From Podarcis tiliguerta (Eukaryota), in the NCBI GenBank assembly GCA_965153285.1, contig OZ229110.1: 64,000 nucleotides of DNA. The stretch is one strand, 5' to 3'. The notes under the pieces were generated by a model that was not told where the DNA came from, did not search any database, and saw only the letters and a list, made by a program, of their open reading frames with translations. This document shows, piece by piece, positions 59,909 to 64,000 of the stretch. Numbering within the stretch: the first letter of the stretch is position 1; every line of letters begins with the position of its first letter. The translations under genes and the position numbers were made by a program.

Positions 59909-61189
59909 GTTTTGAGGAAAATCCTTTTCAAGCTGCTGTGAGAGTTGTTTGGTTATTATGTCCACATAGTATTAATGCTTTCCTCATTTCTACTAGTCAT
60001 GAAAATGAGGAACAGGGGAGAGAACAAACTAGAGAAACAATTCCTTCAGAGAACTCTTGGCTACAACCCACAAATCTGCCAGGGACAGGAAAGTATTCTG
60101 CATGGTATCCAACTTTCTTTTACTCGAAGTAGATCCACTGAAGCTAGGGAGCCTTAGACAAGTTAATTAGTCATCATTTTCAACAGGTCTACTTTCTGAG
60201 TAAAACTTAGTTACCACCCACCCACTTGGCACAATCCATACAGGAAGCTATTACCAGAAGTTGAAGCCCAGTTGACTTACTCTACAGCCCTTATAGGATC
60301 AAGCTGTCAGTGACTGCAGTAGACTTTGCCAAGTTCAGGTCATTGCCAACTCTCCTTGCAGGTCCAGGGCGCTTTAAAGAAGGGAAACTGAAGCCCAGAC
60401 TCTTTACCATTATAAAACTTTATATTTTATTTTTCTGTAGGCCAAGAAATAATAAGTATAGGAGGGGTTCAGCTTTGCAGGCATGCTGTAAAGGTCCCCT
60501 ACCTGCTTTTGTGGCTAATCAGCTGTGATATCATAGATATTGCAAACCTTTAACTGCTCAGAAGAACAGCCTCAAAGTGTAGAATGAGGAGGACTGGAGG
60601 GAAGCATAAGGTCAGTACAGCTGGGAAAAGACCACATTGCATTGGAGGATTTTGAAAATGGGAGAAAGGAGCTCAATATAGGATAGCAGAGCACTAAATG
60701 GACAAAAGACTCTTGCCTATACTATAAGTATGCGATGGTGAAGAAAACTGTTGCAATGGGGCCCCAGGGGAAAAGGCCAAGTGAGGAGAATTGAAAGGAT
60801 GGGAGAGGGGAGCTGAAACGCAGCTCTGAGTGTTCTCTATTTATATGGGGCATGCACTAGAAATACAAGACAGAATTAGGCCTCGGGCTAGCCTTAGTTT
60901 CATTCAATTATGTATTCTTAGCTCCCTGGCAGTACCCCTGCCATGATTGGCAAGCAGCCGCCTTTCCAAATCCTGGAAGTGCCAATATTGATCTGCCTGC
61001 AGTGTCTGCACCTTTAGGGTGTGGCACAACATACCTGTTTGCAGTTAAACCTTCAGCTTTGATGGGAGAAGCTGCATTTCTCTTCGTTTGCAGCTTCAGT
61101 GTGGACAAAGCAAAGGGGGGTCAGCACACATGAACACAGCTGCATGATAAACAACTAGAGACAATAGATTTCATAGTTTTATTTAGTAA

Positions 61190-64000
61190 AATGTTAAATA
61201 AATACAAATTGATCGTTTATTCTGGACCCCTTCTTTTTCTTCCCACCTTAATAGACTAAAATCTAGACACAATTGTACCAAACCCACAAGGGACTGGAAG
61301 GCTACAGAAAAGAAGGCAGCAAAGAGACTGCAAATCACTATGAGCACCAGGCTATTCAATTTCTTAAAAAAAGAAAAAGAAAAACTTAACAAAAAAGAAA
61401 CCCACCTAACCAACAGAAGTCATGCATCCATATAACATTCACAGGGTGTTGATCTGTGAAAGCAATATTGTGCCCAGTTCACTTAAAGGTATGGGAACTC
61501 AGGATGGATGCAGAGGCAGTACGAGTGAGGTTGAGTTTATCTGGCACAAACATCAGGAGAAGAAGAGATGGGAGGATGCTGGCTATGTATGAATCAATAC
61601 ATCAGTGTACATGGGGGAGGAGGGTTTAGAAACCCACTGCCTTAAAAACAAAGGCTGTGAATTTCCTTTTAGGGTCATGGCCTCTTTCACAGACCACTTA
61701 TTTCAAAGAGTCCTTATTCCAGTTACTAGAAATATTCTGGCTTCAACAATGGTCTTGAGACACAGATGGGATAGTTGGCTAGTAAGCAGCCCACTGCCGT
61801 TTCCTCTACTACCGAAGAATGGAATGAAACTACAACATAAGCCACAGGTGAGTGTAACATCCAACAAACCACTTGGACTTGACAGAGTAGAAAAGCTAAG
61901 GACTATTCAGTATTTGCTAGTTCAGATATGACCAAACTGACATACAATTTCAAGATAAAACTTTATTGATAATGCCCATTCTTAGTCTTGGTTCACTTCT
62001 CACAGGCCTGTTGTTCTTAATGTAAATTGGCACTAATAGGACTTTTCAATTGGTGTACTACTGAAAGACTCCAATGCAACCAGCAAGGGTGTGTAGACCC
62101 CTGCTGTTCAATCCCATAGGAAGAGTGAAGAGTGAGGGACCAGCTTAGCCCAATCCTTGCTACAGCACGTTCTCTCAACAAGGCGCCTTCCTTCACTGTG
62201 GGGATGTACAGGTGTGGCACTGTGGAGTGAGCAGACTCCCCAGCAGATTGGGATGCAGGTACAGCACTTATTGCTGGGGGAGTGGAGGGTGGACTCAACA
62301 CTCACCCTCTAGGCTCACGTAACTGAGCTGCAAAGGGAGCCCTGGCTAAACTCAAGCGGAGCATGTGCTAGGGGAAGGGGGATGATAAATGCCAGGGTCA
62401 ATAACTATTTATTCCAACCACAATAAAAATGGAGGTGCTGTGCAGAGCCATTTCTAAAAGCTGCCAACACTGATGCAGATAATGACAGCTTCACCTGGGA
62501 ATGTTTGCTGTTGTCCATTCTTGGTCACGTAAAGAAACACTCAGCACCTGGGCAAAATTATAGACCCCATAACAAAGAGGCTTCTTATCATCCTCAGCTG
62601 ATGGGAAGGAAATTAGATGCTGTAATTGTCACTGAGTTTAGGCCTTTCTGTTTTTGTTACCTGCAATGTCATTTGCAGAGGGTTAAACCGGGATTTAGTA
62701 CATAATTGAGCATTGTTGTAACCTGCATACATATTAGAAAACAAGTAAAAAAAAAAAGCCTCCTAAACTTTATTGGGGGGAGGGGGAGGCATTTCTGCTT
62801 ACCCTGGACCCAGATACAACTGTGGGACTTCCCCCTTATACTTAGAAGTGTGTGGGACACAGGAAATAGCTGCATTTGCAAACCTGTTTGAATGGGGACA
62901 CTGTTAGATGTACACTGCATTGCTGGATTGACCAAGGGCACCAAACTAAAATAGCAATGTTACAGTGCTGGGGCTGGGGGGGTTGAAAGTACACAGAATT
63001 GTTGGGCCGAATGAGAGAAATGTTTTTGCACAAGTACTGCCTATCATCTTCTAATTTGTATTTTCCAATCACAAATGCATGGGCTATGCTTGCTGCAATT
63101 TCCCAACAACTAGGAAGCTGTAGTTATTCTTGTGACAGTGTCTCTTCAGTAAAAAAAAAAAGATTAAATCTGGTACAAGACTTCTTTAGCACCAGGAAAG
63201 TCACAAGTTCAAATAGGTTCCACCTTACAACAACTAATGGAGTCTGACCACACAATCCATTATTTCCATTTTCAATTGCAAATAAAAACTCCCAGCTGCA
63301 TCCTCAAATATGGATGGGTACTCTCTGGACTTTGCTGCACCAGCCCATGAGCATACACCCTGACATTCACACAGCGTGCCACAAATGAGCCAAGGCAGCA
63401 GCAGGCAACTCCTGCAGAATGTTTAGGAGTAGGATGTAAATATGCAATGTCATCTGCATGCAAGCAACTAGCCAGGATCCAGCCTTCAGGTGCAGAACAC
63501 TGTCCTCTCATCGTACTAATTATGTTTCTGAATTCTAAGAAAATCAGGGTGACAAACTTGTTACCCTGATGAACAAAGATACTGTGGTTCCCCTACGTTT
63601 TCTCAAGGCAAAAGGAAATCTGACACATCTGCTACCCAAGCAAGGATCTTTCTGCACAGCCAGACAAAACATGCCCAAACTTTATTTTCTCCTTCTGCTA
63701 TATTTCCAGAAGCCAAATCCCTCTTAAACTTAGGTGGCATTTCCAGGACAGGAGACGCCAGCGAGGCAGGGGTGAAGGGGCAAGGAGAGAAGTACACACC
63801 AAATCAGAAGAATGACACAATTAAAGTTTCACAAGAGTCCCTTGCTGCTCTTCACTTTAAACTAGCTGATCACTCCAGTGCTGCAGGCTAAGCAAAGTTG
63901 TACTACAGATGTCACTAGTCAAGAGAGGCCAAATGTAAAGTAATCCCCCCCCTCCAAAAAAAACACCCCATGGCTAAATCCAAAGCAAGGTTTCAACACA
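61190..64000 (-). other. PHF21A: Probable 3' UTR of PHF21A (gene continues beyond the window)
   Basis: Repeat-free sequence that is U-rich on the minus strand, with AATAAA signals at 61967-61962, 61221-61216 and 61183-61178. PHF21A is the convergent 3' neighbour of LARGE2 in human. No coding exon is visible, so identity rests on synteny. Confidence 0.55.

Overview
Vertebrate genomic DNA, most likely a squamate (probably lacertid) lizard, judged from Sauria SINEs, CR1/L2 LINE fragments and squamate-type MITEs. It holds two complete protein-coding genes in the order known from human 11p11.2. PEX16 is on the minus strand (11 coding exons, 13003->2162, 344 aa). LARGE2/GYLTL1B is on the plus strand (14 coding exons, 45373->56905, 740 aa). 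The right end (~61.2-64 kb) is probably the 3' UTR of PHF21A on the minus strand, inferred from synteny plus poly(A) signals; no coding exon is seen. CpG islands lie at ~12.6-14.0 kb (PEX16 promoter, apparently bidirectional) and ~34.9-37.2 kb (likely LARGE2 promoter), with ~21 kb of repeat-rich, apparently non-coding DNA between them. I found no new gene family. The most interesting signals are in splicing. PEX16 intron 7 is a minor-spliceosome (U12) intron whose 5' splice site is tandemly duplicated (GTATCCT-N9-GTATCCT), and use of the second site predicts a frameshift and NMD. LARGE2 needs two GC-AG introns, each next to competing splice sites. Also noted: a LARGE2 uORF, convergent poly(A) signals, a perfect double hairpin at the left end, and young or nested SINE insertions. 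All exon calls were made by hand translation and remembered orthologue structure; no database search was run.
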